In this document: piece after piece, positions 1 through 11,179 of the stretch | Layout: every line of letters starts with the position of its first letter | Position numbering within the stretch: position 1 is the first letter of the stretch | NCBI GenBank assembly: GCA_002633005.1 | Contig: NMRA01000128.1 | Span: 607,482 to 671,481 of the forward strand | Source: Phoronis australis | Taxonomy: Eukaryota; Animalia; Phoronida | DNA: 64,000 nucleotides | Direction: 5' to 3' | Made by a program: the position numbers and the translations under genes | The notes under the pieces: generated by a model | What the model was told of the DNA's origin: nothing | Databases searched by the model: none | Seen by the model: the letters and a program-made list of their open reading frames with translations, nothing else

Positions 1-654
1 GTGCATTTTAAGCATCTTTAGGAGAATTATTGCAAAGCCCATGGAAAATGTGTTTAACGCTGAGAATCACAGTTGTCTAACGGTTAACACATCAGAAAAC
101 TTGCTGATTGAAAAGGTCAAATTTTCAGAAGTAAAATGCACCTAATGACCCCATGTTTGCACTAAATGACCTGAAACTTTGGATTCTGATTTGATTTACC
201 TGTGGCAATCAGACCTGTCAATTTGAAGTGTCTAGCTCAAAATTTTAGTTTGCACCTAATGACCTTTGACCTATTTCACCTGATTGGATGACCCGATTAC
301 TTAGAAAAGTAATTTTTTAAATTGTCATGTTGACTTATACCTGTGCACCGAATTTGAAAAAGATAGCTTTAAAACTGAAGGAGGAGTAGCATTTTGAAAA
401 TTATATGACCTTTGCACCAAACGACTTCTTACGGTGCAATATGGAACATAATTATATAACCAATCAAAATTTATATACTGTCAAAATTCATATGCTGAAT
501 TTAAAGACCGTACCTGCACCCAATTTGGAGTTATTAAGCCTCAAAGTTGGTCGGAAGAAGAATAAGAAGAAGAATAAGAAGAATAAGAATAAGAATAAAA
601 TTGAAGAAAACCCAGGAACAACAGTACTCTGCGCTTACACGCGCAGAGTAATAA
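1..654 (+). repeat. Interspersed repeat end: TGACC(TTTGACC) motifs, AAG/AAGAAT microsatellite (554-609) and 3' hairpin; Helentron/HINE-like layout
   Basis: Repeated ATGACC motifs at 146-411; microsatellite; perfect 10-bp stem TACTCTGCGC (625-634) / GCGCAGAGTA (641-650). Family call is inferred from layout only. Confidence 0.45.
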
Positions 655-2409
655 GCATACGCAACAATCGCATATTCAACAAACGGCATTGTGCCGACAT
701 TTATACGCTATGAAAAATATGACGCAAAATTTCAATAAATTGACATATTTAATTCAGTAAAATTTATCTGTCATTTTCTCTCACTCGTAAATCATCGATT
801 TCCAGTTTGAATGCTAGTAACATGTGGTCGGGATGCTTTGACTTGAGCATTATACTCAGTTAATATTGGTAACCTACTTTAGCAGACGATATTTTCACGG
901 TGGAAGCTTAGCATGATATAATGGGTAGTAAGCTAGAGTAGTTGCTTAAAATAAAAAATATTTTACATATTCACTTTTGGTCTATTTTGTTTCAATTTTT
1001 ATTTGCTTTTAAGTAAAAACATCATTTTAACAAGAAAAAACTCGGCGTGTCTTGAAAGGTCACGACCTCCGACCTCAGGCCTCTGACATACAAAGCAGTT
1101 ACAAAAGCCGAGGCGAGTCGAGAAAGGTAGATCGATTCATTGCAATGTTTCGCGTTCAGTATGTGGTATAAATAGATTATTGCATGTTCTCAGTCGTTAT
1201 CCCCCTTATTTAGAGCCCTCGTAGATTTTGGAGAATTATTTATCCCGTGTGATCGCATTCACAATCTAAGGACGACAGCGCAGTATGAGGCAAGCCAATG
1301 AAGCAAGGAATTTTCCAAAAAGAATTCCAAGTAGAATATAACATTTGAATAGTACGGTACCTTTATAACTCATTTTAAGCAGTGAGCAATTGCCTCTTAT
1401 TAATCGGACTGGCTGTTGCTTGAAGTCGGCATACTTTTGTTTATATCAAAGGTCACAGTTTTTATATAAGGGAAATGTGCTAACTCTACGTCTTAACATA
1501 CCTAATAAAGAGACGTGTTTTGCCTTGTTGTAGAAAAATCGACAAAGTGGCGAGCAGTGGACCGATCAAGAAAAATCTTGAAATTTGAAACTAAAAGAAA
1601 AATTCTTTGATGTCAACAGAAATTCAAAATCTTTACGAACAAACTTTAAAAATACCTGGTGAATAGGTTGAATTCTGTTTCAGTGCCAGAGAACCACTTT
1701 GAATATTGCAATTTTGTCTGTTTTTAGCGTTCCATACTTCTTTAAAATGGATTGGACCATGTTAACAGCTCAAATCAAATGTTTCTCTGTCAGTTAAATT
1801 GGTACCAGTACAGTAGTTGTTAAGACTAATTCGTAAAACTGGGAATCTGTGTGCCGTAAAGAATTTTCTTTCGTTTCAAATTTTAACAAACGATTTATCA
1901 CGCGCTTGTCACTTCGCCGGTTTGGTCCCATAATGCAACGCGCAATCTAATTATTTGGAAATGTGACTTCAGGACCTGTTGACCCGAAGGTGAATAGGAA
2001 TATGAGCTTTTAGTAGGAAGGTGGTGATGAACACTTTAGTAAACAATATATTTATATAAATCTATACAAACAAATGTTTCGGTTAGAGACAGAATCATTG
2101 GACACAACTGATGTTAGAAGTCAACATAATCAACAAATGAGAGAGTCCACGCAAATGAATGTATGGCGCGTGTTATGGCCAGACCTGCAATTTGACGTCA
2201 TATCGTTATGCTTTCGATTCCAGTATGTGCAAGGACTCTTTGTTACGCTGGACAATATTTTATTTAGAGCGATTTTCCAATAACAGTAAACTTGACATCT
2301 TACTGGAAATTTTCGGCCAACTCTTTCGTACAAGTTACAAGAAGGCAGTTTGCAAGAAGTGTGGAACGGCATTATTTTCTGCATCTTACACACAGGTCAG
2401 GTGACTTAC

Positions 2410-2832
2410 CTCGATAGTTGTTAACATTGCTGCCATCGGCTACGTGCGCAGCAGTTTTCTCCGCCATGTCAAGTAAGCTTTTGCAATATTCGGTTTGGTT
2501 ACTCATTGGTGAACCCGCCAAGACTTTCAACGATGGTCTGCTTGGACACTTGAAATAGCTCAGATCATTCTGAGAAGAGGCGTCGACCTCGAAATCGGAT
2601 ATATCTGCCGACTGCCGACAACCGAGCTCGGATGACGAGGTGGTTCGCAGCGAGAATTGCGAATCTTTGTCGGACGGATCCAGGTCGCTGTGGTCCAGGT
2701 TACTCCGGATATCGGCCGAAGCGTGGGACGAATCTGAGCTGAGGTCAGTTTGAGTGCAGCTGTAGAAACCGGGATGATCTCCGACAGGTAAACCGACGAG
2801 GCAGATGGGGGTTTCCAAACAGTTGTCGCTAC
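2410..2832 (-). CDS. Internal exon (141 codons, Ser/Asp-rich) of an unidentified minus-strand gene
   Basis: Acceptor TTTAGCAG (tandem NAGNAG), donor GAG|GTAAGT, phase 1-1, open frame SDNCLETPICL...NVNNYR within ORF 2372..2860. Confidence 0.55.
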
Positions 2833-4107
2833 CTGCTAAATGACTTGGGAATATGCGCACAACAGATATCCAGTTTTATATAGACGTATAGAGAAGCAAC
2901 AAATCACGTTATCGATCTCCACTGCTGATCGATGAGCGGCTAATAACAAAGCGTTCGACCGCTTGGTCCAGTCGATAGCGCATTCTGATTTTTTCAGGTT
3001 TTAAATGGCAAAAAAGAGATGGTTGAAGAAACATGAGTCAGATGACTCAAACAATACGCTCGGTGGGCATGCCTACTGGTCTTCTGAACATAAATATCTT
3101 CTAAGAGTTGATTTCTGCCAGTTTCACGTTTACCATGTAGGGTGACTCCAAGCGAAGGTAGTATTTTCGTGTTGTGGATGAATGAATGAATTTGTCCAAC
3201 AAATTTTCCTTTCAGCGCAGTCGTCACTCGCTGATTCCAAACTCTGTTTTAGTCAATAATAACGTTTTCCAGCAAATCACCTAACTTTTCGTTTAAATCA
3301 CAACTTAACCAGGCCAATTATACATTACGCCCAAGTAAATCGACAGCTACATGTATTTATGGGTTTGTCACGCATCTACACTGCTTTTGTCAAAGTTACC
3401 ATCTAAAGCCCCATAGACTAATGCTCAAGACTCAGTCTGGTGGCTGACGGATAAAGATGTCGTTTTCACTAAAAATGCAAATTCTGATTACCATAGAGAC
3501 ATATTTCAGCGTCAGTTACAGGGCAATAAGACCTTGCCTTCTGTCCAAAATTAATTATTGATTCAGGCCACTTAATTATTAAAAATCGCCCTCATCCTGT
3601 TTGATAGTGTTTTCTAGGCTTGAGAAGAAAACACAAGCCAGTCGTTATTGTGTTAGACCAGGCCCATATATTTGCTGGTCACGGTGCGTTAGTTTCAGCC
3701 ACCATAGGCAGTATATGGAAGACAATAGTTGTAACCAATTTCAATTAAAAAAGATAAGAACGCAATGATGTTGCTTTGAAAGAGTAAATATGCCTGTGAA
3801 GTAAGCTCGTGGTGTATAGCGAAATTATTGTTCTTCTGGTCAGTATTGAGTATCCATTGGAAACCTGTGTTGAGTTGGTCATGTTTTTTTTTACATTGAA
3901 AAGGGACGCAATAACCAAAATGTCACATTTGTAGCATACATAGGCGTACTCATTAAGGGTTAGGGGAACAGTAGTTAACGCTGAAATGTGTCTGTGAGAT
4001 AACATTGAAGATTTGAATTTTTGCAGTGACGATATCAACGTTGTGTTTCTCCCTCAACTAGTTGCCAGGTACAAAAAGTGACTGATTCTAATGAACGGTC
4101 TACTCAC

Positions 4108-4242
4108 TGTCTACGCGAGCATCTGCTTGCGCGTCGATTTCGGGAAAAATCTCCTGCGAGTCGGTTAAATTCAATTTAGCTCCTTGGCAAGTTGCAGGCT
4201 CAGACACACAAAACTGCCTAATGGAGATTTTGCTCTTCTCTC
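4108..4242 (-). CDS. Internal exon (45 codons) of the same unidentified gene
   Basis: Acceptor TTTTTGTCATTTCAG, donor ACA|GTGAGT, phase 1-1, EKSKISIRQFCVSEP...DARVD; frame-compatible with 2410-2832. Confidence 0.55.
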
Positions 4243-5000
4243 CTGAAATGACAAAAATCGTTTTCGCGTGTTTTGTCTGCAAATGTAATCAAAAACATGT
4301 GGCACTCTTTCCCAATGCTACGGGCACGTAATTCTAAATTTTAATGTTCTGAATCCCATAAAGGATTTTTCACTTAAAACGTGTAATTCCTCAACTAGTA
4401 ACAGCAATTTCGGCTGACGTAATTTTAATGGGGTATGTCCTCTTTGAAGGCCTTTTTCTGTCAATTTGGCATGTTTCACTTATCAGAACAGGTAGTTTAA
4501 ACCTTTTTATTTACTTGATGTTTAAAAATTCTTCAAACTGAAATTTTGATGCAGTGAGAAAGCTCCAAAAACTCCAACGAGTCCGAGTAAGTTTTCCTTT
4601 CCTGATATGGTCGAGTTGTCCGAGGATTTGGTGTCCCATGTCCGTTACATATCTAACAATTTGCTGTTTGACAAGAGCAATGATCCTATGAGCAGGTAAT
4701 AAAACTAATTAATACAACAGTGATTCAGCTGGTTAGGCAAGCAGTGCTCGCACAGACCTTTTTACGATAAAGAAAGCGTCACGTAACAATGGATTGCGGG
4801 ATACGGCGCCAATCACCGAAGTGTACGTATTCTTCAATAAAGAATTTTTCAAAAGATCCTACGGCAGTGTATCAGGGACCCACCGTTTTAAAGAACACCC
4901 CTTCATAACTTGACCCTTATAAAGTGAAAGCGTAACGCGTGTAATGTGCTAGGCTTGAGAAGTGGCCGTCTCGCGTGAAACTATATTGAAATATACGTAC

Positions 5001-5111
5001 CCAAGTTTCTGGTAACTGCCTCCCCAGGGGTAAACGGGACTCGATTCGGTAACAGATTTGCTGCAGCAGCGTGGCTAAGTGATATTCGAGGTGAGTTGAA
5101 CATTTCCAGAA
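5001..5111 (-). CDS. Possible exon (37 codons) of the same gene
   Basis: Acceptor CTTAACAG, donor TGG|GTACGT, phase 1-1, open LEMFNSPRISL...TRNL. Confidence 0.3.
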
Positions 5112-5173
5112 CTGTTAAGTTGCAATAGATAGCCGGGTGGGTTTGCATTGCTCTCCCGACTTTCAGAGCTAAC

Positions 5174-5357
5174 CGTTCGTTCTTACTTCGGATTGATTTA
5201 AGCGCAAACCTTGAATTGAGTCACAAGTGTCTCGTATCGTCTTTTCCAGTAGCGCTGTTTTACCAAGCAATGATTTCTTTAAGTTACTTTTGTTCCCTAA
5301 AAAGTGCCCACGATTAATTGGCGCTATTTTTCCTATCTTTTCCGAAAAAGCTTCCAT
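5174..5357 (-). CDS. Possible first coding exon of the same gene
   Basis: ATG at 5357 with upstream in-frame TGA; MEAFSEKIGK...EVRTN ends at phase-1 donor ACG|GTTAGC; implies a 62-nt intron to 5111. Confidence 0.3.
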
Positions 5358-6305
5358 GGGAGCTTTGTAATGATGGGCGCTTTTTAGAAATCCCTGCTTG
5401 TCACGAACATTACGTTCTCAAGTCAACAATTTTCCGTAACGCGGTACAGGGTGATTGTCAGTCAAATGCAAGACTTGCATTGGTGCTGAGTTGAACACAC
5501 ATCAGAATTTTTTTGTGGACAGAGCAAGCATCGCTTTCGAGAGCGGTTTTTAATTTAAAGCTCCTGTATATTATTTGAAACATGCTTCCACACACAAGAA
5601 ATATTATTCTACTACAGAAAACGAGGGGACGTATAAGAAAGATCACGCTCGCGGTTGTGATCTCTGATCATAGTTTTTACAGTGAATTTTGCGAGTCTTC
5701 CTCCCTTTCTTGTTTGAGCACTTGTCATTTTAGATAGAAAAAATACCAAAAGCACTGCCATAGATTATATTTCAACTGAAGTATACAATTATACATCTAA
5801 AACTGTTTTTGACCAACAAAGACGGATTAATTTTGTTTTTCATTTCAAACACGTTTGAATCATGAAAGTGGGCTGCTCAGTTCTTTCTGTGTACGTACTG
5901 GCCTCCTCTTGTTTAATGGTGCTCCCTGTTCAGCTTCACTCACCGAGAACGATGCTTCAGCAAACACAGTTGTACCTTCTCGCTAACTTTGCCAACATGG
6001 CGCTGGTGGTCTGGTGATCACTCAAAAACGCAAGAGGGTTGTCAGTCCGGCAGCCAACTGATTGTTGGCATGTTTATTGATGAAAAAAAGAGTGCACAGT
6101 CACCAAACAGTTCAGATTAAAACGAAAAAAATGGTGAACTATATTTCTGAAATAACGTCTGTGATACCGGTACGTTTTAAAACGATATTTTACCAGTAGG
6201 CCTACCTCTGTTTTACCAAACGGTTTCCGATATAGAATCGACATTGAGTAACGGTATGCAGCCCTATGTACGAATCCACGGTTTCGAGTTAGGCATGTGT
6301 AGCGT

Positions 6306-6620
6306 TAGCCAGCCAGCTAGCTGTATGGAGACTGTCAAATGTACCACTTAGCCAGCCTACTACCTGGCATCTAGGTACCACTATGTGTTCAGCTCCGTCA
6401 GACCTTGAAATTGCACACAGCTCGGGTTGTTCTGCTCGTCACCTCGCCGTGAAACTTGTATTAACATATAGACCGGCGGAGGTGCTTACAAAATCTGGGA
6501 GTCAACCGACACTCACCTTCCCCTTTAGGCAGCCATTTAAGTGAAAAGGCAGCCTAATAAACGTCACTTTCATGCGTAATTTTCCGCCTTTTGCAACAAA
6601 GAAAAGTATGCCGTCGTTTA
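6306..6620 (+). mobile_element. Truncated left end of the TAGCC-terminated (Academ-like) element family
   Basis: Diverged match to 8177-8470, starting TAGCCAGCCAGCTAGCTGTATG. Confidence 0.7.
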
Positions 6621-7527
6621 CACTCTTTCACGAAAGGTAATCTTGATGAATGTTGTTTAACATGGCTTCTCATTGGTTAAATTAATGAAACCGACGTTAT
6701 AACATTCAGTCATTCACATTGGTTGAAATCTGAGAAGTCCTTTAGATTTCCTGTTACGTAGTATGGCGACCACCTTTGACACGGAATTCTGTGTGTGGAC
6801 ATCAATGCGCATGCTTGGTCGGAAGTTTACCGATCACATCGCCACTACTTGCACACGCCTTCTACACACTGAACTTGTTTGGGCTTAAGCGGGATCGGGA
6901 TTTCCTTGATTTTGTTTACTTTGATCATTACCCGTTTTGATAAATCACAACTATTCAAGTCAAAGGTGATTGCCATACTACGTAACAGAAAACTGACAGG
7001 GGTTTCCCATGGCCCGGTCTCTAATCTTTTTACTCGAAATGGAACTCGAAATTATGTTTGGCATTCTCTACTTTTTGTGTGAACTCAAGATAAGTGCCTA
7101 TTATTCTATGCTCGAGTACATAATGAGTTATGTGGATAATTCATTAGTCCAAGTTTGCAGTTGATAATCCCAACATGAAGGCTAAATTTTCGAGTTTGAA
7201 CTCGAAATTTCGAGTTTTTATTCGAGTTTAATTGTAGCACGAATATAAGGGTCGTCAAGTGTAAACTTGGACTAGAAACTCATAATGCGTAAACTGTAAT
7301 GTATTCGAACACAGTCTAATAACCACTTATCTTGAGTTCGCACAAAAGGACCAGAGAATTGCCAAAAATAATTTCGAGGTCGTTTCGAGTACAAAGATTA
7401 GAGACAGATTTCAACCAATGGGGATGACTGAAGGTTATGACGTCGGTTTCATTACTTTAACCAATGAGAAGCCATGTTAAAAACATTCCACAGTGCTAAC
7501 TTTCGTAACACTGTGAAAGAGTGTAAC
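6617..7527. mobile_element. Inverted-repeat-bounded element (arms ~6617-6731 and ~7405-7527)
   Basis: TTAACATGGCTTCTCATTGGTTAAA...CATTGGTTGAAATCTG is the reverse complement of CAGATTTCAACCAATG...TTTAACCAATGAGAAGCCATGTTAA. Confidence 0.7.
7011..7405. mobile_element. Palindromic MITE nested in the previous element; GGCCCGG start is Harbinger-like
   Basis: GTCTCTAATCTTT...GAACTCAAGATAAGTG pairs with CACTTATCTTGAGTTC...AAAGATTAGAGAC; inner arms TAGTCCAAGTTT/AAACTTGGACTA. Confidence 0.7.
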
Positions 7528-7683
7528 GCGCTAAAATTACAACAGGAAGTAAACAAATGGAAGTCGGAATAGTTCGACAAAAATCGGGCAAGATCGGTGG
7601 AACACGCGCCAGCAGTGTATGCGATCGTCTGCGTTCTATATTCGTTTGTTGGCAGAAGGAATGAGTTAGAGAATGGGGAGAAA

Positions 7684-8997
7684 TAGCCAGCCAGCTGTCT
7701 GAAGACAATCGTCCAAACACAGCTAGGTACCACTGTGTGTTAATCTTCCATAGACCCCTAAAATGCACACAGCCAGGGTAGTTCTGCTCTTCACCTCGCC
7801 GTGAAACTTGGTTCGACATGTAAAGCTAAAGACCGGTCGGGGTGCGTGCAAATTTTGCTGCTGCGGAAGTTGTGGCAAAAATTTAGGAAATAGCTCGTGC
7901 GCGTGACACGAGCGTACTGCTTTCAAAATGACAACATTCTTTTCATTGTTACAAAAGGTCGAGAATGACGCAAGAAAATGACGTTTATTGCATTGTTTTT
8001 CACTTAAACGGTTGTAACAGACAAGGTGAGTGTCAGTTGACTCCCAGATTTTGCATGCAGCTCGTCCGGTGTTTAGCTTTAAATGTTGAAACAGGTTTCA
8101 CGGCGAGGTGACGTGCAGAACTACCCTAGCTGTATGCAATTTCGGGGTCTATGGAAGATTAACACACAGTGGTACCTAGCCAGCCAGCTAGCTGTATGAA
8201 GACTGTCGTCAAAATACAGCTAGGTCCCACTGCGTGTATTTCTTCCGTAGACCCCGAAATTGCACGCAGCCAGTGTAGTTCTGCTCGTCACCGCGCCGTG
8301 AAACTTGTAATCAACATGTAAAGCTAAAGACCGGACGGTGTGCATGCAAAATCTGGGAGTCCAGCGACACTCACCGTTACAGCCGTTTAAGTGAAAAACA
8401 ATGCAATAAACGTCATTTTCTTGCGTAACTCTCTGCCTTTTCTAACAATGATAAGTATTTCGTCGTTTTGAAAACAGTACGCTCGTGTCACACGCACGCG
8501 CCATTTCCTAAATTTTTGCGACATCTCTCGGGAGATGATGATAGCTTGGCAGCAACAAAATTTCTTCTCAAATTCGATTTTTCGGTACCAAAATTCTAAA
8601 CAATTTTAATGAAGTGAAACCAGTTCTGATAATTTGTTGAGACGTGTACGCAACCTTGTGAAAGAACAACAGTTGATTGAAGAATCGGCGAAAAAAGAAA
8701 CTGGCCAATAGGTGACACAAAATTTCATGGCGCCGAAAGCCGTCACTAAAGATCGCTCCACAACTTTAGCAGCTGAATAACGGTAGAACGCCATTTTTGC
8801 CAACACCGTTAAATAATTTAATTTACTCAAGGAAGGCTGTAGTTTTTAATGACACTAATTTTGTGTCAGATTTTATCTTACCACTTTTTTACCCGCATCG
8901 GTGCAAAGCTGTATATTTATATACAGCTTTGTACCAAGGCTAAGTGGTACCTAGCTGTTTTTTGACGATAGTCTTCATACAGCTAGTTGGCTGGCTA
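7684..8997. mobile_element. Non-autonomous Academ-like DNA transposon built from two inverted left ends; 9-bp TSD
   Basis: Termini TAGCCAGCCA / TGGCTGGCTA; perfect TSD GGGGAGAAA at 7675-7683 and 8998-9006; interrupted by 8177-8942. Confidence 0.75.
8177..8942 (+). mobile_element. Academ-like non-autonomous element (766 bp) inserted into its own family; 9-bp TSD
   Basis: TAGCC...GGCTA termini; perfect TSD AGTGGTACC at 8168-8176 and 8943-8951; subterminal AGCTGTAT...ATACAGCT hairpins at both ends. Confidence 0.8.
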
Positions 8998-9139
8998 GGG
9001 GAGAAAGTGGTACACATAAGATTCTGAGAATTAAATGCAGTACGCCGTTTTTATTTTATTTTTTATTTCTATTTTTTATTTTTCATTTTTACGATTCCGA
9101 TGCCAGATTTGTCGACTTCAGATTGGATTTGGTGACCTG

Positions 9140-9572
9140 TGCCCGGTTGCATGAAACAGTCCCAAATAGGGACTCAACTAAGTTCCCTAAATTTTCTGCG
9201 TATTTGTGGACTTGTGAAAACATTGATTGCCCTTTCTTGCATTGCTTTAGTTTCTTTATTAAGTCAACCTTTGGCTTTATTAGAAATCGAGAGTGAACTT
9301 TACGTTGAATTGTCAATGTTATCGAAAATAAGTAGTGATCTTTTGATGCAACACCCCCATGTTAAGGATTGAGTCCCTATTTATTTTCAATAATATCAGG
9401 GCTCAGTTTTTAGTTAGATTATTAGAAAATGTCATTAATCAAAGAGGAGCTCATAATAAAAATGAAATGAAAGAAAATGTTGCATATGTGAGTTCATAAA
9501 GACACAAACGAGCAAAAAGACTTTGGGGCCTTAGTTGAATCCCTATTTGGGACAGTTTCATGCAACCGGCCA
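9140..9572 (+). mobile_element. PIF/Harbinger-type MITE, 433 bp
   Basis: ~43-bp TIRs (CCGGTTGCATGAAACAGTCCCAAATAGGGACTCAACTAAG); CWG flanks (CTG/CAG); second copy at 61743-62175. Confidence 0.8.
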
Positions 9573-9686
9573 CAGGGATTCTCAGTTTTGGCGACCACAG
9601 ATTTCGCTTGGGGACTTGGGATTTTGCCAGGTCGCCAAATGCGACTTGGCGTCGAGCTAAGCGTCAAGCGCTGTCAAGGCTAAGTC

Positions 9687-10448
9687 TAGCCTTGGTACAA
9701 AGCTGTATGCTAAATATACAGCTTTGCTCCGATGTGGGTAAAAAGTAGTGAGATAAAATCTGATACAAAATTAGTGTCATTAAAAACTACAGTCTTCATT
9801 GCGTAATCTAAATTATTTAACGGTGTTGGAAAAAATGGCGTTCTACAGTTATTTTGCAGCTAAAGTTGTGGGGCGATCTTATGCGTCGGCTTTCGGCGCC
9901 ATGAAATGTTGCGTCACCTATTGGCCAGTTTCTTTTTTCGCCGATTCTTCAATCAACTGTTCTTCTTCCACGAGGTTGCGTAGATGTCACAACAAATTAT
10001 CGGAACTGGTTTCATTTAGTTACAAGTTTTTAGATTTTTTGATACCGAATTACAGAATTTCAGAAGAAATTTTGCTGCTGCCAAGCTATCAACATCTCCC
10101 GAGAGATGTCGCAAAAATTTAGGAAACGGCGCGTGCGCGTGTCACGAGCGTACTGTTTTTAAAACGACGACATAACTTTTCTTTTATAGAAAAGGCGGAG
10201 GATTACGCAAGAAAATGACGTTTATTAGATTGTTTTCCACTTAAACCGCTGTAACGGGCAAGATGAGTGTCGTTTGATGCCCAGATTTTGCATGCACCCC
10301 GTCCGGTCTTTAGCTCTACATGTTGATACAGTTTTCACGGCGAGGTGACGAGCAGAACTACCCTGGCGTGCAATTTCGGGGTCTATGGAAGAAAAACTCA
10401 CATAGCTGTATTTTGACGATAGTCTTCATACAGCTAGTTGGCTGGCTA
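9687..10448 (-). mobile_element. Second full copy of the Academ-like element, inverted relative to 8177-8942
   Basis: Reverse-complement similarity along its length (ORFs 8606..8830 and 9799..10122 are paralogous); degenerate TSD GGCTAAGTC / GGCTCAGCC (7/9). Confidence 0.8.
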
Positions 10449-10781
10449 GGCTCAGCCAGGACGATGTTGCTTACCTGCGGTCTTTGCTTTGACACTTTTT
10501 GGCATTGCTGTTGAATTCCTTACCATTGTTTTCCATGTAGCGGCCGACCGCGTCCTTCGCCAGTCAAACTCGTCAGACATCTTACGTCGGCTACATGCTA
10601 CAACTGCTGCCGTCCTGCTCGCATGTGAGATACATGGCACGAGTATGTAAACGGACTAGTAAAATACTTCGTACTCACGCGCGGTATATCTGACACGTGC
10701 GTCTACGTAGACACAGCAAATTCACTTACCCAAAACTAGCACGAGCAAGAAAAGAAAGCAAACGAAAGCACCGGGGCAAGT

Positions 10782-10853
10782 TAGCTTTGGCACAAAGCCG
10801 TATACTAAATATAGTTTTTGACGATAGTCTTCGTACAGCTAGGTGGCTGTCTA
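10782..10853 (-). mobile_element. 72-bp miniature derivative joining both ends of the Academ-like element
   Basis: TAGCTTTGGCACAAAGCCGTAT (right end) fused to TTTTGACGATAGTCTTCGTACAGCTA...CTA (left end); flanks CGGGGCAAG / CGGTGCAAC. Confidence 0.6.
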
Positions 10854-11179
10854 CGGTGCAACAATGAGCTAAATACAGAGCTCATTGGGTTCAAGTACGC
10901 TTCGTTTAATTTGTTGGCACGCCATCTTACTGGGGGTCCGTTTCATCGGGGTTGTATGTTCACGCTCGAAAACAGGAATACGACTGACTGGGAACCGGCC
11001 AAGCGTTATAGATATCGGTAAAACCTCTTTCACGGTGCCACATGTGAGCCATGATTTTGTGTAAAGTTGCCCGTTTCCGTACGACCTCGACCCATTTCGT
11101 CAAAGTGTTTAGACGGGTTTAGATGTTCTGAGAATGAATGGTGGTTGCGGTGGAAGTGTTCGTGGCAATGACGATGATA

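Noticed and set aside
405-713. 102-aa K/N-rich ORF
   Set aside because: The composition comes from the AAG/AAGAAT microsatellite inside a repeat.
2128-2404. Cys-rich + strand frame with upstream in-frame TGAs (selenoprotein idea)
   Set aside because: No SECIS, splice context or family motif; consistent with chance.
8606-10122. Paralogous ORFs 8606..8830 and 9799..10122
   Set aside because: They are translations of two inverted copies of a non-coding transposon derivative.
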